Shown here: positions 27,299 through 35,985 of the stretch, piece after piece
How positions within the stretch are numbered: position 1 is the first letter of the stretch
Layout of the letters: each line of letters opens with the position of its first letter
Virus record (IMG/VR): IMGVR_UViG_3300031774_000023
Location: 1-52,477 of that record
DNA from: a virus
Taxonomy: Duplodnaviria > Caudoviricetes
Direction: 5' to 3' (one strand)
DNA: 52,477 nucleotides
The notes under the pieces: model-generated
Seen by the model: the letters and a program-made list of their open reading frames with translations, nothing else
Databases searched by the model: none
Told to the model about the DNA's origin: nothing
Position numbers and translations under genes: made by a program

Positions 27299-28876
27299 AT
27301 GATATATTATAATGGTCAAGAAGAAATAGAAGTAAGTGAGATTGATAAATTAAAAGATTTAACACAAGAAGAGACAAATAACTTAGCATCTGGACCTCAA
27401 GACTTATTTTTCAGTAAATTAGATGGTGTTAATCATACTTTACAGAATTATGGAATAAAAACACTAGCTGTTAATGATAAATGGAACTGGAAACCAGGAG
27501 CTTATCCAATAATGAGAGAATTTATTTCAAAAAAGTTAGAAATAGATAAAAAATGTCAAAGCTTAACCAAATTACTTGATAGAACAAGAAGCAATGTTAA
27601 TTATACTAATTATCTTACTAGACAAATAAAAGAAATGGAGATTGAGAAAAATAATCTTAAAAGATTAGGAGTATTAAAAGATGTTGATATTGATAAATTT
27701 AAAGAAAAATGTGTTGAATTTGTTAAAAGAATAGAAGAGCAATGCTCAAAAGCTTCTGAATTAACAAAAGGGGATGTTACTATTAATACCTTTGTAACTG
27801 ATTTAGAAACAAGAGTTCCAAGAATATATTATAATATTATATTAAATAATTTAACATTATCTATATATGATGGAGACAAAATGATTCAAGAGATACCTTT
27901 AGCACAGATTCATATAATAATTAGTCAAAATCTAAGAACTAAGTTAGGAATTAAAAATAAAGATATACGATTAACTGGTGTATATCAAGATTCTAACTAT
28001 AAAGAGGCTAAATTTCCTTATATTGCATCTGGTTATAATAATACTGAGTATTCAACTGTATGTTTAGATAAACATTATGATGATGTTTCAAATGCTATTT
28101 ATAAAAATGATTTAATATCTTTATCATTTATATTAATGCAATGGGCTCAATACTATCATATAAGTCATTCTAATCCATATAATCAGCCACATATGCTTAA
28201 GTTTGGTATGCCAGGAGAATATAGTGATGAATATTCAGCAACTCAATCAAGCTCAGCAGTTAATAACAGAAGTAATGAGATTCTTGAACGTAGCATTAAA
28301 TCGCTTAATTTAAACTATATTGATGCTAGTGAATATTATGTTTCTTCTCTGGATTTAGTTGAATGTAAATATAGAAATCTTAATAATGATTATCTAATGA
28401 GTAAAATGCATATTCAATTACAAAATACTGAATATTATTATAAAACAGAATCTTTAGTAATATTATTATTAAATAATATTATGCGTAATGCTGAGAATCC
28501 TAATTCAATATGGACTATAAGTGAAGAAGTTAGTAATCTTACTGGGCAGAATATAGGAATAAATAAAAATAGCTATCAAGAAGGAGACAATCAAATAACA
28601 GACATTAAAGATACACAGAAATCTGTTACATATGCTTTATTTAATTATTTTATGAATAGACCTTATCGTAATGGTTTTAGATTCATAGATAAAACAAATG
28701 AACATATGATAAATGAGTTGAATCCTTATGATTGTAATTACGTATTTAGTTACCTTGAAGCTCATAACTTCATAGAAGATGAGAAAGCAGAATATGTAAA
28801 TGATATTGTAACAAGTGATGATAAAATGAAAGAGATGATGAAAAATTGGGCTAATAGCTCAGAAAGGAGTGCATAA
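27299..28876 (+). CDS. Candidate E2 (ubiquitin-conjugating)-like protein with an N-terminal coiled coil
   Basis: Start reassigned to 27299 (AAGGAG SD). Central beta-rich region followed by FPYI...VCL (Cys codon 28061-28063) and helices ending in NPY. Lies between the Ubl and JAB genes. Confidence 0.6.
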   Translation: MIYYNGQEEIEVSEIDKLKDLTQEETNNLASGPQDLFFSKLDGVNHTLQNYGIKTLAVNDKWNWKPGAYPIMREFISKKLEIDKKCQSLTKLLDRTRSNVNYTNYLTRQIKEMEIEKNNLKRLGVLKDVDIDKFKEKCVEFVKRIEEQCSKASELTKGDVTINTFVTDLETRVPRIYYNIILNNLTLSIYDGDKMIQEIPLAQIHIIISQNLRTKLGIKNKDIRLTGVYQDSNYKEAKFPYIASGYNNTEYSTVCLDKHYDDVSNAIYKNDLISLSFILMQWAQYYHISHSNPYNQPHMLKFGMPGEYSDEYSATQSSSAVNNRSNEILERSIKSLNLNYIDASEYYVSSLDLVECKYRNLNNDYLMSKMHIQLQNTEYYYKTESLVILLLNNIMRNAENPNSIWTISEEVSNLTGQNIGINKNSYQEGDNQITDIKDTQKSVTYALFNYFMNRPYRNGFRFIDKTNEHMINELNPYDCNYVFSYLEAHNFIEDEKAEYVNDIVTSDDKMKEMMKNWANSSERSA

Positions 28877-29787
28877 TGAATATAGAAGATATATTCCACA
28901 TATCAGAGAAAGACTGGTACAATCTTCAAGCGTGGGCTACAATAGCTTACGAAGAGGATAAAAATGAAATATCTGGTTTAATGACAGCAATACCACAAGA
29001 AGATGGCACGATTAAAGTGGGAAATGTTGAAATACTTAAACAAGAGAACACTGGTACTAACACTGAGCTTGATGGAGAGGCTGTTAGTGAGTATATGATG
29101 AAATATGCTATGAAATATAAAGACAAGAATATGAAGTTTGTCTGGTGGCATTCACATCATACTATGGGAGCATTTTGGAGTGGGACTGATGAAAAAGAAA
29201 TAGATGCATGGAAAAATGAAAGCTATTCTTTAGCGTTAGTTATCAATCTAAAAGAAGAGTATCTATTTAGAGTAAGCTTTTGGAAACATAATGGATTACC
29301 TATGGAAAAGCATATAGATACTACTCTCAACATAGATAGAGAGAAGCCTCTTATTAATATCACAAATAAGATGAAGAAAGACTATAATGAGCTTTGCACA
29401 TCACCTCAAATAGCTACTTATAATCATGGCTGGACAAAAGCTGGTTGGTCACTTGATAATCATCAAGATAGCTTTAACTTCAGCAATAAAAAAAGAGTAA
29501 GCGCAAATGTAAAAGAAGCTTATTCGCAATGTCTTAGTAAATGTGAAAAAATGCAAGAAAGCTTCTTAGATGGAACTCTTTCATTTAAGGACTTTAAAGA
29601 CGAGATTAAGATACTTAATAAAGTATGCAAAAATAAGAAACTTCCTTTTAGTATTAAGGAATTTAACATGAGCAAAAATGATTTATTAAATAAATTATTA
29701 GAGCTATTTCCTTGTGATATGATAGAGTATGAGGATAATAATGTTAAACTAGAACTTGAACCACATGGAGGTTACTTATGGGCATAA
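28876..29787 (+). CDS. JAB/MPN+ (JAMM) metallopeptidase
   Basis: N-terminal Glu (NEISGL) and HSHHTMGAFWSGTD = HxH-x7-S-x2-D. Confidence 0.9.
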   Translation: MNIEDIFHISEKDWYNLQAWATIAYEEDKNEISGLMTAIPQEDGTIKVGNVEILKQENTGTNTELDGEAVSEYMMKYAMKYKDKNMKFVWWHSHHTMGAFWSGTDEKEIDAWKNESYSLALVINLKEEYLFRVSFWKHNGLPMEKHIDTTLNIDREKPLINITNKMKKDYNELCTSPQIATYNHGWTKAGWSLDNHQDSFNFSNKKRVSANVKEAYSQCLSKCEKMQESFLDGTLSFKDFKDEIKILNKVCKNKKLPFSIKEFNMSKNDLLNKLLELFPCDMIEYEDNNVKLELEPHGGYLWA

Positions 29788-30443
29788 ATATGAGGAGTGT
29801 AGGACTTGTAGACAACTTAAATGAGTTTAATTATCACATATTAGGCTGTGGCGCTATAGGTAGTGCCGCAGCTACCCAGTTAGTAAGAATGGGTGCAGAA
29901 AACTTCTGTTTATATGATAATGATGTAGTTGATACAGGAAATGTAGGAGTTTCACAATACACAATATACGATATAGGACATAAAAAAGTAGATATGTTAA
30001 AATCTAAAATATTAGATGTTAATAATTCTGCTGAAGTAATGTGTGCTGATGAGATGTTTAGTAATTATATCTATATGAATGATAATGATATAATCATACT
30101 TGGTTTTGATAGTATGAAATCTAGATTAGATGCTGTTAAAGCAATGACTGGGTGGAGACAAAGTAGTCCATTTCTTCTAATTGATGGAAGAATGGGAGCT
30201 GAACATTATCAACAGTATGTAATATTAAAGCCTACATTAGCAAAATACAAGGAAATATGGTATAGTGATGATGAAGGAAGCGAAGAGCCTTGTAATATGA
30301 AAGCTACCTCTTATTGTAGTAATATGAGTGGTAGTTTTATAGCAAATGCTATAAGGAAAATCGTTAAAGTTCAACCTTACGAAGAGTTTCTATCTTTTCA
30401 TTTCCCAACAATGACTATAGATAAAAACACCTTGGTAAAATAA
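29778..30443 (+). CDS. ThiF/MoeB/E1-family adenylyltransferase (Ubl-activating enzyme)
   Basis: ILGCGAIGS, LYDNDVV..GN, K.KV, GFDS..SR, IDGRMG; candidate catalytic Cys in EEPC. Confidence 0.92.
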   Translation: MGINMRSVGLVDNLNEFNYHILGCGAIGSAAATQLVRMGAENFCLYDNDVVDTGNVGVSQYTIYDIGHKKVDMLKSKILDVNNSAEVMCADEMFSNYIYMNDNDIIILGFDSMKSRLDAVKAMTGWRQSSPFLLIDGRMGAEHYQQYVILKPTLAKYKEIWYSDDEGSEEPCNMKATSYCSNMSGSFIANAIRKIVKVQPYEEFLSFHFPTMTIDKNTLVK

Positions 30444-30463
30444 AATAAATGTTGTAATATAAT
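30432..30463 (+). promoter_or_regulatory. Possible sigma70-like promoter for the replication module (TTGGTA-N17-TAATAT, overlapping TATAAT)
   Basis: Consensus resemblance only, in AT-rich sequence. Confidence 0.35.
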
Positions 30464-30533
30464 GGGCTGGCAGAAATAAGATGAAGATAGGTGGTGTAAA
30501 CCTTACACAGCAATCTTATCAAGCCAGTCCATT
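30461..30533 (+). ncRNA. Structured leader upstream of the AAA ATPase
   Basis: aatgggctggc/gccagtccatt closing stem; inner ataagat/atcttat and gtgtaa/ttacac stems. Confidence 0.5.
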
Positions 30534-30557
30534 TCACTTTAAAATAGGAGAATAAAA

Positions 30558-31232
30558 ATGGCATTAAAAAAAGTCAAAAGGAAAGCTGTCTCTCAGAATC
30601 CAAAGACAATGCTATTATATGGAGCACCAAAAGTAGGTAAAACTACAGCTCTAAGTCAATTAGAAGATTGTTTAATAATTGATACAGAAGGTGGTGCAAA
30701 TATGATAGAAGGATATATAGAGACTGTAAATAGTAGAGAAGACCTAATAAAGTTATTAGAAGAGGCTAAAAAAGGCCACGAGTTTAAGTATGTTGCATTA
30801 GATACTATAGACAAAATAGCTATATGGGCAGAAAAAGCAATATGTGAACAAGAAAATGTAACAGCAATAGCTGATTTAGCATTTGGAAAAGGCTTTGGTA
30901 TGGTTAGAGAAAAAGTCTTAAATACAGTTAACATATTAAAAGAGATATTTCCTCATGTAATAATAATCGGACATAGGAAATGGGCTAAAGCTGTTGTAGA
31001 TAGTAAAGCTATAGTTGAGCCAGAAAGCTTGGATTTAACAGGAAAGTTAAAGAACATGTTAATGGCAGATTGTGATGCTATAGGTTACGTTTACAGAGAT
31101 GATGAAAAAGGGAAGTTAATGGTATCATTTCAAGCTAATGAAGCCTTAGAAGCAGGTAGTAGAAGTCCTCATTTGAGAGGCAAAGAGATAGAGTTAACAT
31201 GGAATAATATATATAAAAAGGAGAGTAAATAA
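30558..31232 (+). CDS. AAA ATPase, Sak4/AAA_24-like single-strand annealing protein
   Basis: LLYGAPKVGKTT, IIDTEGG, VALDTID, IIGH and DAIGY motifs. Confidence 0.85.
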   Translation: MALKKVKRKAVSQNPKTMLLYGAPKVGKTTALSQLEDCLIIDTEGGANMIEGYIETVNSREDLIKLLEEAKKGHEFKYVALDTIDKIAIWAEKAICEQENVTAIADLAFGKGFGMVREKVLNTVNILKEIFPHVIIIGHRKWAKAVVDSKAIVEPESLDLTGKLKNMLMADCDAIGYVYRDDEKGKLMVSFQANEALEAGSRSPHLRGKEIELTWNNIYKKESK

Positions 31233-31831
31233 TGGCGATATTTAAACCAGAGACTAAAAGCGGTAACTTTTCAAGCTTTACAGGAGTATGTGAGTTTGGA
31301 ATATTAGAGTTTAAAGATAGGTCAGACGAATTTGATTGGGCTGATTTATTTCTTGAAGTATCAGTTAAACAAAAAGGAAGTGATTTTGACAGACCATTAG
31401 CTATTAAAGGTTCTTTCGACAAAGTAGGTGGAAAGATTACAGGTGGCAATGGTTTAACAAGATTATATCATTTCTTTGACCAAATAGGTTGTGAAGCTGG
31501 TATTAATGTAAATGGTGGCTGGGAAACACCCGATGGCGAAGAAATTAAAGATATAGCTAAATATCTTAATGATAACTTTGTTGTTGGAAATGGAACAGAT
31601 ACCCCTAATTTAGATTATTTAGGTTATTTCTACAAAGAACAACCTAAAGTTCCAGGAGGAACAGCATATACTAGAGTTTTATCTAAAGTATACAGAAATG
31701 TTACTGAAAATAAAGCTAAGCTAGATGATGATGTTAAATGGATGAAATCTAAAGGATATTTAAAAGAGTTTATAGAAGGTGAGACTGCAAGTCAACCAAC
31801 TGTAGACCAGAGTGCCTTAGGTAATCTATAA
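31232..31831 (+). CDS. ssDNA-binding protein candidate
   Basis: Between the Sak4-like ATPase and primase; beta-rich; assignment by context. Confidence 0.5.
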   Translation: MAIFKPETKSGNFSSFTGVCEFGILEFKDRSDEFDWADLFLEVSVKQKGSDFDRPLAIKGSFDKVGGKITGGNGLTRLYHFFDQIGCEAGINVNGGWETPDGEEIKDIAKYLNDNFVVGNGTDTPNLDYLGYFYKEQPKVPGGTAYTRVLSKVYRNVTENKAKLDDDVKWMKSKGYLKEFIEGETASQPTVDQSALGNL

Positions 31832-33585
31832 TGTATGTCGAGATAGCTAAAGGTACACCTGGAAATAGAGGGTATTTAATCAGTAAGAATGACTTAGGTA
31901 ATTTTATTAATGAAAATCCATTATATAGAAGTGTTTATCTATATGATGATGAAGCATTGAAATATGTGGAGGATAATGGAACATTAAAGAATTACTTTGG
32001 AGTTAGATATATTGATAAAGTTCCTATTGATATTGACAAAGGTGGTAACTCAGATGAGAAAACTTTAGATGTCTTGAGAGGTGTTATTCTAGAGCTGGAA
32101 GATGCAGATATTACGGAACAAAGTTTCCAATGTTTCTTTTCTGGCTCTGGATACCACGTTGATTTAGCTGGTGGGTTGTTTAACTTTAAAGCTGGTGTTG
32201 ATTTGCCTTATATGGTCAAACAAACACTAAAAAGTCTAATACCTGATTTAGATTCATCCATATATATGAGAACTGGTATTTACAGAGTTCAACATACTAT
32301 TAACCAAAAGACAAATCTATATAAGATACCTTTATATAGAGATGAGGTTATGAATCTAGATGCAGCTGATATACTAAAGTTAGCCGAAGTTAATCGTAGT
32401 GATTATACATACTTAGGATTAAAAGGCGATGGAGAGTTAGAGCATACTGTAAAAGAAGAAGTTCCTGATGTTCAAGTATTTAATAAAATATCGGAACCAA
32501 CTAAAATAGTACCTTGTGTACAATCAATGTTAAATCAAGGAGCAAAGCAAGGAAATAGGCATATAACAGCCTTGAGGATAGTCAGCCATTTTAAGAGACA
32601 TGGCATCCCAAGTCATTATGCTAAGGTAATGATGCTTCATTGGAATAACAAAAGTATGCCAGAAAAGGAAATAATGGAAATGGTAGAGAATGTATATAAC
32701 AGAAACTATAAGTATGGTTGTCAAGATTCTGTTATGGTAGAGCATTGTAAAACGCAATGTTTATTCTTTAATAAGAAAGACTACATGATAGATGTTAAAT
32801 CATCAACTGATATGCAAAGCGAACTACATGAGAGATTAAATACTGATTTTAGTGGAAAAACTATAGACCTAGGTAGGGCTTTAGGAATAGATAAAGAGTC
32901 AGTAATATATCCAGGTGAGTTAGTCACTATATTTGGACCAACAGGGTCTAATAAGACTACTTTTGCACAGAATTTAGCACTTGGTGTAGACTTTGTTAAT
33001 GATAGAATTGTTAAAGATTGGCAAATACCTACATTATTTCTAAGTTTAGAGTTATCATCTTGGTACATGCATAGAAGACACCTTCAAATAGTTTCAGGAG
33101 TTACTAAGCAAGAAGCCAACGATAATTACACAGAGCTATATAAGAAGCACGAAGAAGAGATGTCACATCTAATGGTTCAAACTATTTCTCCTACTCTTGA
33201 TAAGATAGCAGAGAAAGTTAGAGAGTTAGAACCATCGCTAGTAATAGTAGATTATATTGATTTAGTAGATACACCTCATAACATTAGAGGTGAGTATGAA
33301 AAAATCAAATATATATCTCATGGATTATCTAGTATGGCAGTAAATAACGATATGATAGTCATCCAAGTGTCACAAGTAAGCAGAGAATACAGTCGAAATG
33401 AAGTGCTTGACCTATATGCAGGAAAAGGGTCTGGAGCAATAGAAAATGCGTCTAGAAAAGTGATTGGGCTTAATGGTCAATCAAATTCAGCAACTAGAGC
33501 AGTTAGGTTATTTAAAAACACCGATGGAGAATTGTTCGATACTGAAGTCGAATGGACTCCATCATTTAGACTAAGGAGAGTGTAA
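31831..33585 (+). CDS. AEP primase fused to a 4-Cys (PriL-CTD-like) domain and an SF4 helicase
   Basis: PIDID, FSGSGYH, PC...YGC...HC...C, GPTGSNKT, IVDYID, QVSR. Confidence 0.85.
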   Translation: MYVEIAKGTPGNRGYLISKNDLGNFINENPLYRSVYLYDDEALKYVEDNGTLKNYFGVRYIDKVPIDIDKGGNSDEKTLDVLRGVILELEDADITEQSFQCFFSGSGYHVDLAGGLFNFKAGVDLPYMVKQTLKSLIPDLDSSIYMRTGIYRVQHTINQKTNLYKIPLYRDEVMNLDAADILKLAEVNRSDYTYLGLKGDGELEHTVKEEVPDVQVFNKISEPTKIVPCVQSMLNQGAKQGNRHITALRIVSHFKRHGIPSHYAKVMMLHWNNKSMPEKEIMEMVENVYNRNYKYGCQDSVMVEHCKTQCLFFNKKDYMIDVKSSTDMQSELHERLNTDFSGKTIDLGRALGIDKESVIYPGELVTIFGPTGSNKTTFAQNLALGVDFVNDRIVKDWQIPTLFLSLELSSWYMHRRHLQIVSGVTKQEANDNYTELYKKHEEEMSHLMVQTISPTLDKIAEKVRELEPSLVIVDYIDLVDTPHNIRGEYEKIKYISHGLSSMAVNNDMIVIQVSQVSREYSRNEVLDLYAGKGSGAIENASRKVIGLNGQSNSATRAVRLFKNTDGELFDTEVEWTPSFRLRRV

Positions 33586-33797
33586 TGGGATGGTTACTAA
33601 AAATGTTTTGGCTTGAGGATAGATTTATCCTTATATTACTACGCTTGATAAAAATAGGTTTCATAAGAACTAAATCTAAAAGAATGAATGGTTTTAGTGT
33701 TGTATTTGGAATCGCAAAAATAGAATGTCAAATTAACTTATCAAGTGTTATAAGTGAAACAACTAGGGTAAGAGCTGATGAAATCGGAAGAGCATAA
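33585..33797 (+). CDS. Hypothetical protein
   Basis: 70 aa; TAATG coupling. Confidence 0.55.
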   Translation: MGWLLKMFWLEDRFILILLRLIKIGFIRTKSKRMNGFSVVFGIAKIECQINLSSVISETTRVRADEIGRA

Positions 33798-34284
33798 AAA
33801 CAAGAGATACTATAAGCCGAAAAGGGGGCGAAAGTCCCCTAATAGGCTTACTATCTGGGAAGAGAAGTTTAGCAAAAAATTAAAGAGACATCATGGAACT
33901 TTTGCTAAAAAGACATTTCATAGGTTAATGAAAAAATCGTCTACATTAAGGTCAACATTAAAGAGAAGGAGTAAGGAGTATGAGGTCGAGTTTAATATAT
34001 CACTTGAAGAGGTTAGAGACCTTTTATATAGAGTTTATGGAAAGAAGTGTTGCTATTGCCATAGTAAGTTGGTTGTTAGCAATATGGTATGTGACCATAT
34101 TCTCCCTCTATCTTTGGGTGGTAATTCAACTCCTGGTAATCTTCAGATGATTTGTGGTAGATGTAATACAAGAAAAGGACCTTTAACAGATAGAAATTTT
34201 AGAAAACTATTAAAATGGCTTGATAGACAGAATATAGAACTTAAGAAATATGTTCTTAGAAAGATGTCAAGTAGAGATTTTTAA
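33778..34284 (+). CDS. HNH endonuclease
   Basis: CCYC...CDHILP..GG..TPGNLQMICGRCN. Confidence 0.88.
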   Translation: MKSEEHKNKRYYKPKRGRKSPNRLTIWEEKFSKKLKRHHGTFAKKTFHRLMKKSSTLRSTLKRRSKEYEVEFNISLEEVRDLLYRVYGKKCCYCHSKLVVSNMVCDHILPLSLGGNSTPGNLQMICGRCNTRKGPLTDRNFRKLLKWLDRQNIELKKYVLRKMSSRDF

Positions 34285-34294
34285 AAAGCAAGTA

Positions 34295-34374
34295 GGGGAC
34301 GAATACACGACAGCGGTGAGCAGCTGTAAGCTTAGAAAATAAGTCGGAATGTAATGTCAATTATATTCGTCCCT
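34295..34374 (+). ncRNA. Putative structured intergenic RNA
   Basis: gggacgaata/tattcgtccc closing stem; internal acagc/gctgt and gctta/taagt hairpins. Confidence 0.5.
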
Positions 34375-34393
34375 GAAAAATTAAGGAGGAAGT

Positions 34394-34552
34394 ATGGAGT
34401 GGGAAAGAAGTAAGTGTGTATTCCCTAAAATGGGAACTAGAACACATCAATTAAAAAAGGGGGAGAAAAGAGTTGACCCCGAGAAAACTAAACAAATAGA
34501 AAACGACAGAAAGAAGAGGTTACAAGAATGGAACAAGTGGCTGAAAGGCTAA
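34394..34552 (+). CDS. 52-aa basic hypothetical protein
   Basis: Manually translated; AAGGAGG SD. Confidence 0.6.
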   Translation: MEWERSKCVFPKMGTRTHQLKKGEKRVDPEKTKQIENDRKKRLQEWNKWLKG

Positions 34553-34944
34553 AGGAAAAGTTCACGAAAGAGTATACTTCAAAATTTGACATTGATTTAA
34601 AATTTGGAGAAGAAGCTGAGTATAGCTTGGCTAATATTTTGTCTTTAGGTAAAGTAGAAGTTAAGACAGAAAGAGACATCTGGAAGAGAACTGGAAATAT
34701 AGTTATAGAGTTAAGAAGCAGAGGTAAATATAGTGGTTTAAGTGTTACAGAAGCTGAATGGTGGGCGCATATACTATCATATAAAGGCGTTAAAGAAGGA
34801 GTTATATTAATCCCTGTTAAATTACTTAAAAGAAGAGTAAAACAACTTGTCAAAGAAGGTAAAGCGACTCTGACAGTAGGAGGAGATGACGATACAAGCG
34901 AAATAGTACTTATTCCTATTAAGGAGATTCATGGAATACTTTAA
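34528..34944 (+). CDS. PD-(D/E)xK-like nuclease
   Basis: G..AE...VEVKTE...TGNIVIE...SGL..TEAEWW pattern. Confidence 0.65.
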   Translation: MEQVAERLKEKFTKEYTSKFDIDLKFGEEAEYSLANILSLGKVEVKTERDIWKRTGNIVIELRSRGKYSGLSVTEAEWWAHILSYKGVKEGVILIPVKLLKRRVKQLVKEGKATLTVGGDDDTSEIVLIPIKEIHGIL

Positions 34945-35152
34945 AAGGAATAGAAAGTACACTGGCGCTGTATTGAGAGAGGAAAAACCAGGAAGATGGG
35001 TATCAAATAAGCCTTTGTTTTTGTGCGGAAACAAGGGTTTATTCCCTGTATTTAAAACAGGAGGCCCTACAGGTAGATTCCCTGTGAATCACCAGGAATT
35101 TGAACTTAGGAACATAAGAGAGGAGAGTTTCAGCATTGAAGACAGAATATGA
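34931..35152 (+). CDS. Hypothetical protein
   Basis: 73 aa; AAGGAG SD. Confidence 0.55.
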   Translation: MEYFKRNRKYTGAVLREEKPGRWVSNKPLFLCGNKGLFPVFKTGGPTGRFPVNHQEFELRNIREESFSIEDRI

Positions 35153-35227
35153 TAAAAGAAGGCATCTCCAAATTCAACTAGATAAAGCAAAGGAAGAAAT
35201 TGTTTTTCTAAGAAAGGAGTTAGAGCT

Positions 35228-35509
35228 ATGCCGAGAAGCGACTATGAAGCAATCGCAAAAATAATAGAGGATGTAATAGGCAAAGATACAGTGACATGTG
35301 TAAACCTCTTAGAAGGTATAAGATTTTACTTTGATAAGAAATTAAAAGAAATCGAGATAATTAGAGCAGAAAACATGAAACCTATATCTTTTACTGCCTA
35401 TAAGGTAAAAGAGTGGAAAAAAGAGGCAAATAGCGCCTTAAAACGCTATACAACCAAATTGAACGAGGAAATAAAGCTTGAAAAAGAGGCTTGTTCAATT
35501 ACTGGCTGA
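35228..35509 (+). CDS. Hypothetical protein
   Basis: 93 aa; AAGGAG SD. Confidence 0.6.
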   Translation: MPRSDYEAIAKIIEDVIGKDTVTCVNLLEGIRFYFDKKLKEIEIIRAENMKPISFTAYKVKEWKKEANSALKRYTTKLNEEIKLEKEACSITG

Positions 35510-35708
35510 GAATAGATTAGAAAAGTGCACAGTTTGTGGCACATACAAAAATCAGGCGGTTTATAGGTTTAGACATGCACAATTTGTCAATACTTGGGAA
35601 CCGCCTATATTAGAACCAATGTGTAGGAAATGTGTTTACAGAGAGTGTTATGGGAGTAAACATTATAGAAAAAAAATGAAAGAAAGGAGTTTAGATGGCA
35701 ACTTTTAA
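35478..35708 (+). CDS. Small Zn-finger protein
   Basis: CTVC and CRKC..EC motifs. Confidence 0.55.
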   Translation: MKKRLVQLLAENRLEKCTVCGTYKNQAVYRFRHAQFVNTWEPPILEPMCRKCVYRECYGSKHYRKKMKERSLDGNF

Positions 35709-35985
35709 GAAAAAGCCAACAAATAAAGAAATGGCAAATGCTATTGTAGAAATTAACAACAGAGTTAATGAAATAGCGAATGTAGTATATAATCTTGACA
35801 ATGTTATGGGTATGTTTATTAGAATGGAAGGAAAACTAGAGAAGTTCAATGAATACCTTAAAGAAAAAGCTAAGGAGATGGAAAATGACTCAAAAGCAGA
35901 TGGAGAAGCTGCAGAATCAGATATTCAAAAAGATACAGATGATGAGAGCAGCGGGACAGAAGGAGTACGCAAGGAAGACAAATAA
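35695..35985 (+). CDS. Hypothetical coiled-coil protein
   Basis: 96 aa; AAGGAG SD. Confidence 0.6.
   Translation: MATFKKKPTNKEMANAIVEINNRVNEIANVVYNLDNVMGMFIRMEGKLEKFNEYLKEKAKEMENDSKADGEAAESDIQKDTDDESSGTEGVRKEDK

Noticed and set aside
26826-30443. ThiS/ThiF thiamine or molybdopterin auxiliary metabolic genes
   Set aside because: No ThiG, ThiO, MoaE, rhodanese or cysteine desulfurase was recognised; the E1 lacks the CxxC motifs; the JAB and E2-like neighbours point to protein conjugation.
33778-34284. HNH gene as part of a group I intron or intein
   Set aside because: It is free-standing and the flanking genes appear uninterrupted.
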